From assembly GCF_006345805.1 (NCBI RefSeq), contig NW_021832024.1, forward strand, positions 1 through 39,920: a DNA stretch of 39,920 nt, read 5' to 3'. Positions 24,151 to 36,865 of the stretch are shown here, piece after piece; position 1 is the first letter of the stretch, and each line of letters begins with the position of its first letter. The position numbers were made by a program, and so were the translations under genes. The stretch is from Octopus sinensis (taxonomy: Eukaryota). The notes under the pieces were generated by a model, which searched no databases, was not told the DNA's origin, and saw nothing but the letters and a program-made list of their open reading frames with translations.

Positions 24151-24581
24151 TACTTATGTAACCGACTTCGAAAGGATCAAAGTCGACCCCGATGGAACTT
24201 GAACTTAGCAAATAAAGACAGACGAAATGCTGCTAAGCTTTTTTACCCCGGCGCTGTAACGATCCTGCCAGCTCGCCCCTTTGATCAACACATTTATTAA
24301 ATAGCACGGGTTTAAACTTGACTATACAATAATAGAGAAAGTTGGTTATTAATTAGTTGGGATTATGTAACTTTTACTAAAAGAAAGTAATTATTGAAGT
24401 TGTCAATGTCTAGAGAATTCTTAAAAATTAAAATTTTAATTTATATTCATTGAAATGTCGTCTTTAAGCTTTTTTCAACAAAACGATTAATCTTAATTAA
24501 CTACAAGCATATATGAAAAACTTAACTGCGAGATTTTTTTTTAGTATCTTACTGCCTTCTCTCTTCTCTCTCTCTCTCTCT

Positions 24582-24619
<38 letters not shown>

Positions 24620-24679
24620 TCTTCTTTGTCCCTCCCTTTCTCTCTCTTTCCATCTCTTCTTTGTTTATATATTTCCCAT

Positions 24680-25076
24680 AGGCGCAGGAGTGGCTGTGTG
24701 GTAAGTAGCTTGCTAACCAACCACATGGTTCCGGGTTCAGTCCCACTGCGTGGCATCTTGGGCAAGTGTCTTCTGCTATAGCCCCGGGCCGACCAATGCC
24801 TTGTGGGTGGATTTGGTAGACGGAAACTGAAAGAAGCCTGTCGTATATATATATATATAAGTGAGTGTATATGTTTGTGTGTCTGTGTTTGTCCCCCTAG
24901 CATTGCTTGACAACCGATGCTGGTGTGTTTACGTCCCCGTCACTTAGCGGTTCGGCAAAAGAGACCGAGAGAATAAGTACTGGGCTTACAAAGAATACGT
25001 CCCGGGGTCGATTTGCTCGACTGAAGGCGGTGCTCCAGCATGGCCGCAGTCAAATGACTGAAACAAGTAAAAGAGT
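24680..25076 (+). mobile_element. Full-length SINE family B
   Basis: Complete head, core and tail matching 6222-6620. Confidence 0.93.
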
Positions 25077-25453
25077 ATAGTAAATTTCTTTGCTATAACC
25101 TCCACTATTTGCGTTATCGTAATTCATGGGATAATTTTCTTTTAATATCCTTTCCCGTCTCTTTACATCTATAGTTGTGTGTTTATAAGAGTTATTCAAT
25201 AACAAAATGCGCAAATACATATGTCGACGGAAAAAGAATTGCTATATAATCGAGTTAGAACCAATAACAACATTTCTGATATGATTTTTTCCAGTTCATT
25301 CCTTTGTATTTTTGTGATACCTTTAAGGGAGAAACGTGAGGGTCCGCAATCTTTTTGTTTTTATAAAAAAAAGCAATTTGTAATAACAAACTAGCGATCG
25401 AAAAACATCCTGGTTTCAAATTTTGGTACAAGGCTAGCAAGTTTGGAGATTAG

Positions 25454-25489
25454 ATGATAATAATAACAAGAACAACAACAATAATAATG

Positions 25490-25523
<34 letters not shown>

Positions 25524-25860
25524 TAATAATGATAATAATGATGATAATAATGATAATAATAATAATGATGATAATAATAATGATAATGATAATAATGATG
25601 ATAATAATAATAATAATAGTAATAATAATAATAATAATGATAATAATAATGATAATAATGATAATAATGATAATAATGATGATAATAATAATAATAATGA
25701 TATTAATAATAATAATAGTAATAATAATAATAATAATAATGATAATAATGATAATAATGATAATAATGGTGATAGTAATAATAATAATGATAATAATGAT
25801 AATAATGATGATAATAATAATAATAATGATAATGATAATATTAATAATATAATAATAATA

Positions 25861-25893
<33 letters not shown>
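25454..25893. repeat. ~440-bp (ATA/ATG)n trinucleotide repeat
   Basis: Directly visible; source of the poly-I/M ORF in the track. Confidence 0.97.
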
Positions 25894-25894
<1 letters not shown>

Positions 25895-26098
25895 CCTTTC
25901 TAATATAGGTAGGGGGCCTTAAATTCTAGAGAAGGGGACTAATCGATTACGTCGACCCCAGTATTTTCCTGGTACTTAATTTATCGACACCAAAAAGATG
26001 AAAGTCAACCTCGGTGGAATTTGAACAGAGGCCGTAAAGACGGACGAAATGCCATTAAGCACTTTTCTCTGCTAACGACTCTGCCAGCTCATCACTTT
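25894..26098 (-). mobile_element. Diverged SINE family C
   Basis: CTGGTACTTAATTTATCGAC...GGAATTTGAAC...CTGCCAGCTC. Confidence 0.82.
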
Positions 26099-26102
26099 GA
26101 TG

Positions 26103-26150
<48 letters not shown>

Positions 26151-26204
26151 TAATAATAATAATAGTAGTAGTAAAGTTAAACTTGACATAATAATTATAC
26201 ATAA

Positions 26205-26590
26205 GGAAACGCGAAGCTGCTTACTGATCGACCAATGATGCTCGTTTGATCCCAGGATCGCAAAGAAAGAGATCGAAAAAATACAATCCCTTAAAATTTG
26301 AAATAGGAAGAATTTGGAGCATGCGAACAGTAAAGGTCTTTCCTATAATAATTGGTGTGTTGGGAACAGTAACGAAAGATATAGACATATGGCTGAAGGA
26401 GGTTGGAATAGAATGCCCAGTAGAACTCCCACAGAAAGTTTGTCTCTTTGGAACAGCAAGGATTATCAGGAAGGGTCTAAGAACTTGAAAGCCAGCTGAA
26501 AACTCGTGGATACCTAAGATTACAGGTAGTAACCCGCTACTCACATAAACCCTACCAGGAATAAGACCGAACCAGCACCAAACCAAAATA
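26205..26590 (+). mobile_element. 3' end of an R4/Dong-clade non-LTR retrotransposon (restriction-like endonuclease C-terminus plus 3'UTR)
   Basis: KETRSCLLID..FDPRIAKKEIEK/KYNPLKFEIGRIW..VFPIIIGVLG..QKVCLFGTARIIRK is the typical RLE C-terminal motif set. Confidence 0.88.
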
Positions 26591-26862
26591 ATAAAGTGAA
26601 GCGGAAATAAACAGTGCGTGTGTCTTGTTGGCGAAAGAGACCATCCCCAACTATAATAATATTTTATATTTATGAAATATATTATCATACACTTAAACAA
26701 ATGTACCAACTTATTTATTGTCGTTATAGTTCTGTTCCTTTGCTATATGTTTCATTGCACGGTTGCAAAAGTACGTACTAACTTATTAGAATTAACACAT
26801 TTTAAAATATAATAAATAATTTTTACTAATCTATTGTAATATATACTAGATTATCAACGTGT

Positions 26863-26902
26863 CTAACATGGTTCTTTTATTTTCTGTCTTTTACAGGTGA
26901 GT
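26863..26902 (+). promoter_or_regulatory. Candidate recursive splice site (3' splice site directly followed by a 5' splice site)
   Basis: CTAAC at 26863, long pyrimidine tract, CAG|GTGAGT at 26894-26902. Confidence 0.5.
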
Positions 26903-27015
26903 CTTCATTCTTCTTTGAATAGGCTGTGGATATTTTTACTTCATTATAACAGTAAGGCAGGATTTTTTTATCATTATTTTCACACTCGTTCGAAAAAAAT
27001 TCTATAGCATAAAAA

Positions 27016-27046
<31 letters not shown>

Positions 27047-27279
27047 TATGTTTGACTTTTGCTTTATATTTGTACAAGTTGGCTCCAAGTCTCACCCAGA
27101 GACCTCAAGAGACAACAGGGTTGGAAGTTCATGTTGTTGTTATGCCTAGTGTGCCATATATTTGGGGGGTGGGGATGTTGTACTAATGAATGTCTAAAAA
27201 AAAAAAGTTTTTTTTTTTTTTTTTTAACCGAAAATTATGGTTGTTTTAAACCTTGAGGTTTATTATTATGGTTGTTTTA

Positions 27280-27289
27280 AACCTTGAGG

Positions 27290-27344
<55 letters not shown>

Positions 27345-27410
27345 ATTATTATTATTATATTTATTATTTATAAAGAAATAATATTGTTATTATTATTTTT
27401 GCTATTATTG

Positions 27411-27441
<31 letters not shown>

Positions 27442-27461
27442 TATCATTATTATTATTATTA

Positions 27462-27502
<41 letters not shown>
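27280..27502. repeat. (ATT)n trinucleotide repeat
   Basis: Directly visible. Confidence 0.95.
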
Positions 27503-27760
27503 GTGACTGTGTATAGCTATTGTGATAGTGTTGAATTGTTATATCTCTGCAGTAACATAATGGCAGTTGTGCGACGTAATATTCATAATATTTTTCGACT
27601 CTTTTCATATATTTTTTTTTTAGTTGTGCACGTAGGTATATGTGACAAGTGTTAACTCTCTTCGGTATTTTCTATTGATAACGGCTAAGGAGCTAGAAAG
27701 CCATCTGGGAATCCGATAGGGAGCAACACTAGGCAGATTTGGTGTTTTCACACCTTTTTA

Positions 27761-27998
27761 TCATAAGAGAGAATTTTTTACTGTGGCTACTGCGAAAAAT
27801 GTACCTGTAGAAATTGAAATATGACAGAAACATGTTTTAACCCATCTAAAGTACACACACACACACACACATACACACACATAAAGATATATGATTTTAA
27901 TATAATCTGTGTGAAAAATCTTATAGTGGACTTACCAATGCGATTATGAACTGGAACATCTTCAGTCAACCGGTATACATGCGGCAATCCGTGCATAG
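27761..27998 (-). CDS. Two candidate exons (27998-27936 and 27804-27761) joined by a 131-nt GT-AG intron: MHGLPHVYRLTEDVPVHNRI-G-TFFAVATVKNSLL*
   Basis: Donor TTG|GTAAGT and acceptor TTTCAATTTCTACAG|G; frame open across the junction; product unknown. Confidence 0.35.
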
Positions 27999-28401
27999 CT
28001 GTAGTTTATGTGCAAGCATTAATGCGAGATGGATTTAACTGGCTTTAATACATCCACTACAATTGTTTCAAAAAATTATTACCAGTTGTTCCTTGCTGAA
28101 TGTTATATACATTATAAATGACATTGCGTTAATATCGCTCATCAATAGTGACATATACATTTCTTCAGGTGGCATGAGAGCGGTGCAATTTTATTTATAA
28201 TAAATGTAACATTTAGCAATGAACGGCTGGTAATTATGTTTTGAAACTGTTGTAGTGATTTATAATAAAGCCTGTTCAATCCGACTTCTCGTTTTAATAT
28301 TTTCATATATGTAGACGTCTATCTTTATACATACATAAGCATGCATACTTAAACACACATACACACACACATACACACACACACATATACATATATATAC
28401 C

Positions 28402-28752
28402 GAGTGAGAGGAGCTCCGAGGAAACGCTACAAAGACTGCCTCAAGAAGTCTCTAACAGCATGTCAAATTACCCACCAACGCTGGTCAGACCTGGCTGCAG
28501 ACCGTGCTGTCTGGCGCCACAACATCTTCAACAAGTTTGAGGAACAAAGAAGAGACGCACTTTTAGACAAGAGACGCAGGAGGAAGGAAGGGCGAGCCAC
28601 CTCTGACACCACACCAGATGTTACCTTCGTCTGTGGACACTGCTCACGGACCTGCCTTTCCCATATCGGACTTGTCTGTCATGAGTGTGCATGCACGCGA
28701 CGTGGACAGCCTTCCTGATCTTCGTTCGCGAAGCCGAACCATGATAATGACA
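28402..28752 (+). mobile_element. 3' end of an RTE-clade LINE
   Basis: RGAPRKRYKDCLKKSL..WSDLAADRAVWR..FVCGHCSRTCLSHIGLVCH (C-terminal CxxC..H), then a GAT/AAT-type tail. Confidence 0.9.
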
Positions 28753-29071
28753 ATGTATGTATTATGTATATACTAGAAACCCATATACGAAAATTGACTT
28801 CACCATAGTTAAAATCACTATGGAGGGCAATCACAAAATATCAATGTAGCTCATAATATATACAACAGAACTGCCAAGAACCAAAAAAGCAAAACACCCA
28901 ATACAAATCCAACGCTACAATAACAAGAATGTTAATGAGGATACAAACGTTTCACAGCCTCGTAGATGTCCTAAGTACAAGCGTGAATCTTGTATTTCGT
29001 ATTCACTACACTTTATAATATAGCAATGTTAACATATTATATATCTACGTATTACATTCGGATGTCACATA

Positions 29072-29231
29072 TTCAGCTGTGGCTGTGCCGTAAGATGCTA
29101 GCTTCTCAACCGGATGGATCTGGGTTCAGTCCCACTGCGTTGCACCTTGGGCAAGTGTCTTCTACTATAGCCTCGGGCTGACCAAAGTCCTGTGCGTGGC
29201 TTTCGTAGACGGAAATTGAAAGAAGCCCGTC

Positions 29232-29300
<69 letters not shown>

Positions 29301-29531
29301 TGTGTGTGTATTTGTGTATTTGTGTCCCCACCAGCACCCCCCCATCGCTTGACACTGACGCTGGCGTGTTTAGATCCCCGTAACTTACTGGTTCTGTAAA
29401 AAGGCCCGATGGAGTAAGTAATAGGCTTACAAAGAATACATCCTGGGGTGGATTTGCTCGACTAAAAGTGACGCTCCAGCATGGCCACAGTCAAATGATC
29501 TAAGCACGTAAAAGAATTTAAGAATAAAAGA
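29072..29531 (+). mobile_element. SINE family B
   Basis: Head, CTTGGGCAAGTGTCTTCTACTATAG core and CAGCATGGCCACAGTCAAATGA tail. Confidence 0.88.
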
Positions 29532-29746
29532 ATCTGTTTGTAGTTGTTTTTTTTTAATGATAAGGTTACAGTATTAATATTATATATCGCCATAGGAACA
29601 ATGGGTAAGTAATTATTTGACACGCAGTTATTCTAGGGACTTTGGGAATACGAACTGAGGTTGATGTCTCTGTGCTGATTACATTGCGCGGCAAGGGACT
29701 TACAAGTGAAAAAGTTTTTAAACAGGTTCGATTCAAACGCAGTTGA

Positions 29747-29817
<71 letters not shown>

Positions 29818-29853
29818 GTCTAAAATAAAACAAGTTCCCTATATATAGATAGT

Positions 29854-29915
<62 letters not shown>

Positions 29916-29941
29916 TTATATACTGTATTATATATATATAT

Positions 29942-29972
<31 letters not shown>

Positions 29973-30047
29973 TGCATATAAACACACGCACATATGCTGG
30001 TATGTATGTGTATATAGATGTGTGTGTGTTCGTTTGAGTGTATAAAC

Positions 30048-30093
<46 letters not shown>

Positions 30094-30587
30094 ATACATA
30101 CATGCATACGTATATTATTGGTTAACGTAAGTTACATAATTTTTTACTTATATAACAAAAGAATGTCTGTTATTGGAGCTTCGCAAACTGTTTTTCGCTC
30201 CATGGAACTTCTTCCAGCAACTTTTTACATTTGGCTCTCGTTTCATAACTGGTCGACAATTTCAAAAGGAATTCGATCGCGGGAGTCTTCTAACAGGTCA
30301 GTCTTCCAAAATTGATTCAATAATCATCTTTAGTTTACACACACGATTACAGTATATAATATATAACAGACGTCATACATTCATACATGTGTTTAATCAA
30401 ACCCAAAACCTTGTATTTCTTGCTAAACGCCCCAAACGCACATCGTGTTGTTTGCTGCTCCAACACTGCCAGGAAAAAATTGATATAATGCAAATGATCA
30501 TATAATAGTACCTGATCAATGTTTTCTTTAAATCACATGAATGAAACGTAATAGATATTATAATGGAAATTATAAGATTATAAATAC

Positions 30588-30736
30588 TGTCTGTTGAGGG
30601 CGGAGGTATGTTAGAATTGAGAGAAGAGTGTAGAGCCGGGCAAAACGCCATTTGCCGTATTTGAGCTCCTGTGTGCTTTCTCCGTTCGCGTCCTAGCGCT
30701 GTCGGTTTTACTTTCTTTATTTTTCGAAAATTCTGG
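30588..30736. promoter_or_regulatory. CpG-retaining, exon-like segment (possible TSS or first exon, strand ambiguous)
   Basis: High CpG density; CGCCATTTG / aaATGGCG motif; + strand donor CTG|GTGAGA at 30736; minus-strand acceptor at 30733 and donor at 30587. Confidence 0.35.
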
Positions 30737-31089
30737 TGAGAGTAAAGGAGAGGTTTTGTAATCTTCTTTATAAAATCTTTCTTGTGTAGTTGAGAATCTC
30801 TTGTCTAATAAAATATGAGCTTCAAGCAGTGTATGAAATGAGTAATCCACAGTAAAAATGCGCTGTTAGTTATATGTAAGTCAATATTACGGTCGTTGAA
30901 CTTCCAAATAGTTACAGCATACTAAGAGAGACATTATACCTACATATATATCTACGTACGTACATCTATACATATATACATGCATACTTACATATATATA
31001 TACATACTTACATACATACATATATACATATATGCATACATATTTCCAACTCACTCATACTATACAAAGACGCAAATATATGACCAAAT

Positions 31090-31380
31090 ATATGCTGAGA
31101 CACTCTTCGGTCATGACTGACCATGAGATTGCACCTAGAAAGTTACCCTCCCAGGTACAAGTCCGGGCAAGGTTGTTTATGGAAGACCAGCAGTCGCCCA
31201 TGCATACCAGCCTCTCCTCTCTACGCCACCAATGTTATCCAAGGGAAAGGCAAAGGCTGATGCAGCTTGGCACCAGTGACGTCGCAGCTCATTTCTACAG
31301 CTGAGTGAACTGGCGCAACGTGAAATAAAGTGTCTTGCTCAAGAAGTCACAACCTCACGGTCGTAAGATCTTCACTCTAA
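31090..31380 (-). mobile_element. SINE family D (CORE-like domain)
   Basis: GTGTCTTGCTCAAG and CAACGTGAAAT core; related pieces at ~20520-20675, 32240-32420, 34262-34420 (+) and 37760-37940. Confidence 0.75.
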
Positions 31381-31721
31381 CCAAATATATACACACGTTA
31401 AATATATAATAAAGGGAACAAACGCTTACACACATATATACCGTTTGTATATTTATGCATACAACCACACTCATATCCCAAAAATAGCATATAAAATATC
31501 TGCATAGATACATCCTAATCATACACATACACACATACATGACATACATACATGCATATATGCATGCATACATACCTACGTACATACATGCGTATATACA
31601 TACATATATATGTACATATATACTTACATACATCGTGTGTATGCGTGTTTATATACTCAAATTAGATGTATTATATATGTACATTTATATAAATATATTT
31701 CTTTATTGCTAAATACAGAGG

Positions 31722-31915
31722 GGTCAAACAAGGACAGACAAAGGGATTAAGTTGATCACATTGACCCCAGTGCGTAACTGGTACTTATTTAATCGACCCC
31801 GAAAGGATGAAAGGCAAAGCCGACCTCGGCGGAACATGAACTCAGAACGTAACAGCAGACGAATTGCCGCTAAATATTTCGCCCAGCGCGCTAACGATTC
31901 TGCCAGCTCGCCGAC
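31722..31915 (-). mobile_element. SINE family C
   Basis: High identity to 19660-19890. Confidence 0.9.
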
Positions 31916-32839
31916 ATGTGTATATAAATATACACACACAAATATCTGAGAGTTTCCCCCTTGTACTCTCTCTCTCTCTCTCACTCTCGTTTTGCATGCA
32001 TACATAAATACATATTTTGTATTTGTTGTACTTAATACACTTAATATATCTGACATGTCTAATTTGTTTATCCGCATAATTACCTCTATATATAAATGTA
32101 TGTATATTCATATATCGTTCAGAAAACTAAGAAGCATATGACTACACTAACGTGCCTTTCTTCTTGTACACCAGAAATGTATGTATACATGTGTATACAT
32201 GTGTATGTGCGCGCGCGTGTATGTGTGTGTACGTGCGCTGGTAAAGTAAAGAGACGTTCGGTAATGAATGATCATAGGATTGCACCTAGAAATTTACCCT
32301 CCGAGGCACAAACCCGGGCAGGTTTGTCTTTAGAAGACCTGCAGTCGCTCACAATGTTGGATGCACATTTATTCAACAACTCTAACAAAATACTTTACAC
32401 CAAGGGAAAGAAACGGAATTGCTGAAATCTCTTTCTGTGAATCTGTTGCAACTTTTCCACTTTTGTGATCGTCGACTTCTTTGATTCTGATCAGCTATCA
32501 TTAATTACCTTGTCACCGTCGAAATGAAGTTAGGATTTTTCTTAGTCATAGGGACACACCTTTATCAAAATTAATATGGTGCATAAAGGATGTTTAGCTA
32601 CCCTAGTTATTATGTAGGTATCAGATTGTTCGACAAAATACGATTGGAGTGCAGTGAAGTTTTGCACGCTTAACTTCTCTGTTGATGAAATTGATTTCTA
32701 ATCATCCTCTTACTAAACATTCTCTGTTAATCTTATTATTCAGAATTCTTAAATGATATAAAATCGTTTTTGAGATAATACTACGGAGGACACTTTATAA
32801 CACAATTCTAAATTAATATTAGAATAAATATTATTGATT

Positions 32840-32845
32840 TATATA

Positions 32846-32889
<44 letters not shown>

Positions 32890-33048
32890 CATATACTATA
32901 TACCTATATATACATACCTAAATATATATATATATACATATATATATATACATTTATATATATACATATATATATATATATACATATAGTATATATACAT
33001 ACATATATGTATATATATACTATATATATATAATATATACATATACAT

Positions 33049-33082
<34 letters not shown>

Positions 33083-33270
33083 ATACATATATATATATAT
33101 ACTATACATATATACCTATATATATATATACATATATACATATATATACATACATATATACATACATATATACATATATACATATATATATACATATATA
33201 TATTATATATATATATCTATATATATATTATATATATATATATAATACATATAGATATATATATATATAA

Positions 33271-33359
<89 letters not shown>

Positions 33360-33370
33360 TATATATAGAT

Positions 33371-33420
<50 letters not shown>

Positions 33421-33440
33421 CATATATATATAGATATATA

Positions 33441-33498
<58 letters not shown>

Positions 33499-33506
33499 AT
33501 ATATAT

Positions 33507-33558
<52 letters not shown>

Positions 33559-33597
33559 ATATATCTATATATATATATATATATATATATATAGATA

Positions 33598-33631
<34 letters not shown>

Positions 33632-33675
33632 ATATATATAGAATATATATAATATATATATATATATATATAATA
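32840..33675. repeat. ~830-bp (TA)n-dominated microsatellite block
   Basis: Directly visible. Confidence 0.97.
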
Positions 33676-33703
33676 TGTACGATAATTCGTTTTATGTTAT
33701 CAG

Positions 33704-33734
33704 AAACATGTTTATCACCCTCCAAGAAATCCAG
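33704..33734 (+). CDS. Candidate 31-nt exon (KHVYHPPRNP in phase 0 to 1; alternatively MFITLQEIQ as a start exon)
   Basis: Acceptor TTCGTTTTATGTTATCAG and donor CAG|GTAAAA; open in all three frames. Confidence 0.5.
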
Positions 33735-34649
33735 GTAAAATAGAAGTAAATTTATTATGACCGTATAATACAATGTTACCTTTTATGTCTGCATCAAGAG
33801 TTTATGATATCACCATCATGTGTGCGGAAAGAGATAGTGACATAGAGAATGACAGAGAGAGAGAGAGAAAGAGATGGGGAGAGATAGAGGGAGAAAGAAG
33901 GAGTATATAATACCAGTTTATTTATTCTAGTATCTGTAAAATGAAATGTCTGTGAAATGTGGTGGTTCAACGACCGATTGGCTTTCTTCATAAACCATTT
34001 GTCGCTCTAAGGCAGATGGAATTAATTTCCTCTGTCATTAAGCCTGCTATATTTTAAACTCCATCATTAATGTGTACGAGTCAGTAATCATAACTTGGCG
34101 AACATGGTTTCACAGAAGCCTTTCGAGCCGTTATTCATTGATGTAAGATAGTTAATCCTGCATTTAATCCGGAACTGTTCACGAGAGTAATTAGCCTTGG
34201 CTTAACAAACGAATATTTTACAAGAAATAACAAACAATTCATGAAGACAGTTCTTTTAAACAGTGAAGGAGCGTGGCATGTTGGTTAGAGTGTTGTACTG
34301 AAAACCGCAAGATAACGGTTTCGAATACCAGTCAAGGCGATGCGTTGTGTACTTGAGCCAAAACACTTAATTCCACATCGCTTCAGTTCACTCGGCTGTA
34401 AATAAACCACCGTGCTACAGATTTGTTTCCCGTTGAAAAAAGAATGTTGTGATCTCGGTCAGTTACATGCCATGGAATCCGGACGACCGGATCTATGGGC
34501 CCTACGAGACGAGGCTATAATGTCCAGGGTTTGATGATGACGATAATGATGACGGTCTTTTAGTTAATGAATCTAGGACTAGTGGGTCGAGTTACTAGAA
34601 TTATAATTTACCTAGGGCATCAATAAAACAATATTCTTACGCTATGTAT

Positions 34650-34795
34650 GTTCCAAACTTCGCCACAAGGCCAACAAGTTTACAGAAAAGTCTAAGGCGA
34701 TTATATCGACCCCAATGTTCAACTGGTACTCATTATATCGACTGAAATAGGACGAAAGGCACCCTCGACCTCAGCAGAATTTGAATTCAGAACAG
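34650..34795 (-). mobile_element. Diverged SINE family C
   Basis: CTGGTACTCATTATATCGAC...GAATTTGAATTCAGAAC. Confidence 0.78.
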
Positions 34796-35300
34796 TAGAT
34801 TTGGGGTAGTGGCGGTGAAATCAGTATTACTAGATTGGTGACGGTGGTGCTGGTAGTGATAAAGACGGCAATGAAAACGGTGAAGCAATAGTCGTGTCTG
34901 TGATTTTGATGGTTGTTATTTTTAGATGCATCCGTTCTTCAAGACAAGTAGTTAATCACTATAATTTTTGTTTTCTACGAAACAGTTTACATCTTTATAT
35001 ACATAAAGGGTGACTCTATAAATTCTTTTGAACTCCTCAACATTTTCACATCGTCTAAAATGTATTTGGTGAACAAGTCACGTCCTCTTTCTACTTTACA
35101 TGCTGGTTTAAGATTTTCAGGTCGAATTTTTGTAATCTAAAAATACATCAGTAAAATGCTGCTGAAACAGCCGTAGTGCATTGCGAGAACCCCACTTTTG
35201 TTTATCATATATATATATATATATATATATAACGAAAATGCACATTGGAAATAAAAAAAAGAATGGCTTTTATGAAAAGCAATTGCTAAAGAGATTCAAG

Positions 35301-35336
35301 AGCATACCGGTTTCGTAAAATTACTCTTCACTGGCT
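35301..35336 (-). ncRNA. Degenerate minimal hammerhead motif downstream of a Penelope GIY-YIG fragment
   Basis: Minus strand GTGAAGA-GTA(ATTT)TAC-GAAA-CCGG-TA; C3 is altered and stem I is imperfect. Confidence 0.5.
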
Positions 35337-35619
35337 TTAAATGCGCACCGATTACTGAACGGTCTCGGGTCTACTAGTCCCTGAGTAAAATGACTATGTC
35401 TAAGGGAGGTACGTAGTTCTGGATTAGGTGCAATTATTGTAGATATAATACTGTAATGTGAATGGTGTATGAAATGTATGGGGTTTAGTGGTATTAATTC
35501 AAATGTTAGTAGAGTTCTGTATTATGTTATGTGTTCATATTGAGTTGTGGAAGGTATTCATTGATGAAAGTTGCCATTTTATTCATTCTTTGTTGTAGTG
35601 AGGTATTCTGTGAATATTG

Positions 35620-35900
35620 CTAGAAGGGAAAAATTAGGAAATTACGATTAAGGTTCCTAGCACATCTTTCTGTGTGTTCAGTGACGTGTATCTGTCTGTA
35701 TTGTGGGTGGCGGATTTGTTCTTTGTGGAGAGTGGTTCTTCGACAGAGTGATATTCCTGTTTGGCCAAAATACTGATTACCGCGCCCTAAGCATGTAATG
35801 GGATGGATTAGGTTTTCCGAGACGCAGGTGAAATTTGATTTCGTCTTAAATATTTCACATTGTTTTAAAGTGGAACTCTGATCCCTCCAAAAGGTGGAGG
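35620..35900 (-). pseudogene. Penelope-like element GIY-YIG endonuclease fragment
   Basis: KSNFTCVSENLIHPITCLGRGNQYFGQTGISLCRRTTLHKEQIRHPQYRQIHVTEH..FLIFPF matches the PLE endonuclease pattern. Confidence 0.85.
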
Positions 35901-35959
35901 CATATACCACAGTTATGTCGATCACCAATGTGCACTTTCATTTTTTCTTCTTAATTTTT

Positions 35960-36330
35960 CCCTATATATATATCTATTTATATATATATATATTTATATA
36001 TATATATAATATTATATTATATATTATATATTTATATATATATATTTATATATATATATATACGCATATATATATAAATGTATATATATACACATATATA
36101 TATAAATGTATATATATATATATATATAAATGTATATATATGTATATATATATATATAAAATGTATTATATATATATATAAATGTATATATATATACATA
36201 AATATATATATATATAAAATGTATCTATATATATATATACATTTATTATATATATACATTTATATATATAATACATATATATATATATACATTTATATAT
36301 ATATATATGTATATATACATATATAGACAT
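35960..36330. repeat. (TA)n compound microsatellite
   Basis: Directly visible. Confidence 0.95.
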
Positions 36331-36377
36331 GTATATGTACACTGTTCGAAGTTCTGTAACTTTTGTTTTTCATTCAG

Positions 36378-36424
36378 GAGATGGGTTTTACTACAATGGT
36401 GTCAAATTTGAAGAATACACTTAG
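36378..36424 (+). CDS. Candidate terminal coding exon (G)DGFYYNGVKFEEYT*
   Basis: Very strong acceptor TTTTGTTTTTCATTCAG; phase-1 reading ends at TAG 36422-36424. Confidence 0.5.
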
Positions 36425-36633
36425 AATAGATACATGCATACATGCATATACACACAGACACACACATACATACACACATGCATACATACATATATACACA
36501 CACACATATATACACACATCCATACATATGTACATACATGCATACATGCATACGTACGTACGTACACATATGTATATGTATATGTGTATATGTATAAATA
36601 TGTATATATATAGAAAGAGAAGAGACAGAAGAA

Positions 36634-36634
36634 T

Positions 36635-36722
<88 letters not shown>
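36634..36722. repeat. (GATA)n microsatellite
   Basis: Directly visible. Confidence 0.97.
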
Positions 36723-36723
<1 letters not shown>

Positions 36724-36865
36724 TCCCATGTTCCCTGTACTATTAATCTTTTACTTTAATTACTACAGAAGACTAGTCTACATTTCTCAGCATTTTATTG
36801 AGCAAATACAAGAAAACTTTTATAGCTTTCCTCACACCGCTAAGAATACTACTTCTTATTGTGTA

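Noticed and set aside
27235-27300. 31-bp direct duplication next to the (ATT)n tract
   Set aside because: Ordinary slippage duplication at a microsatellite edge.
27624-27635. Possible 8-12-nt micro-exon after a poly-T acceptor
   Set aside because: The T-run may simply be an A-tract on the other strand; no independent support.
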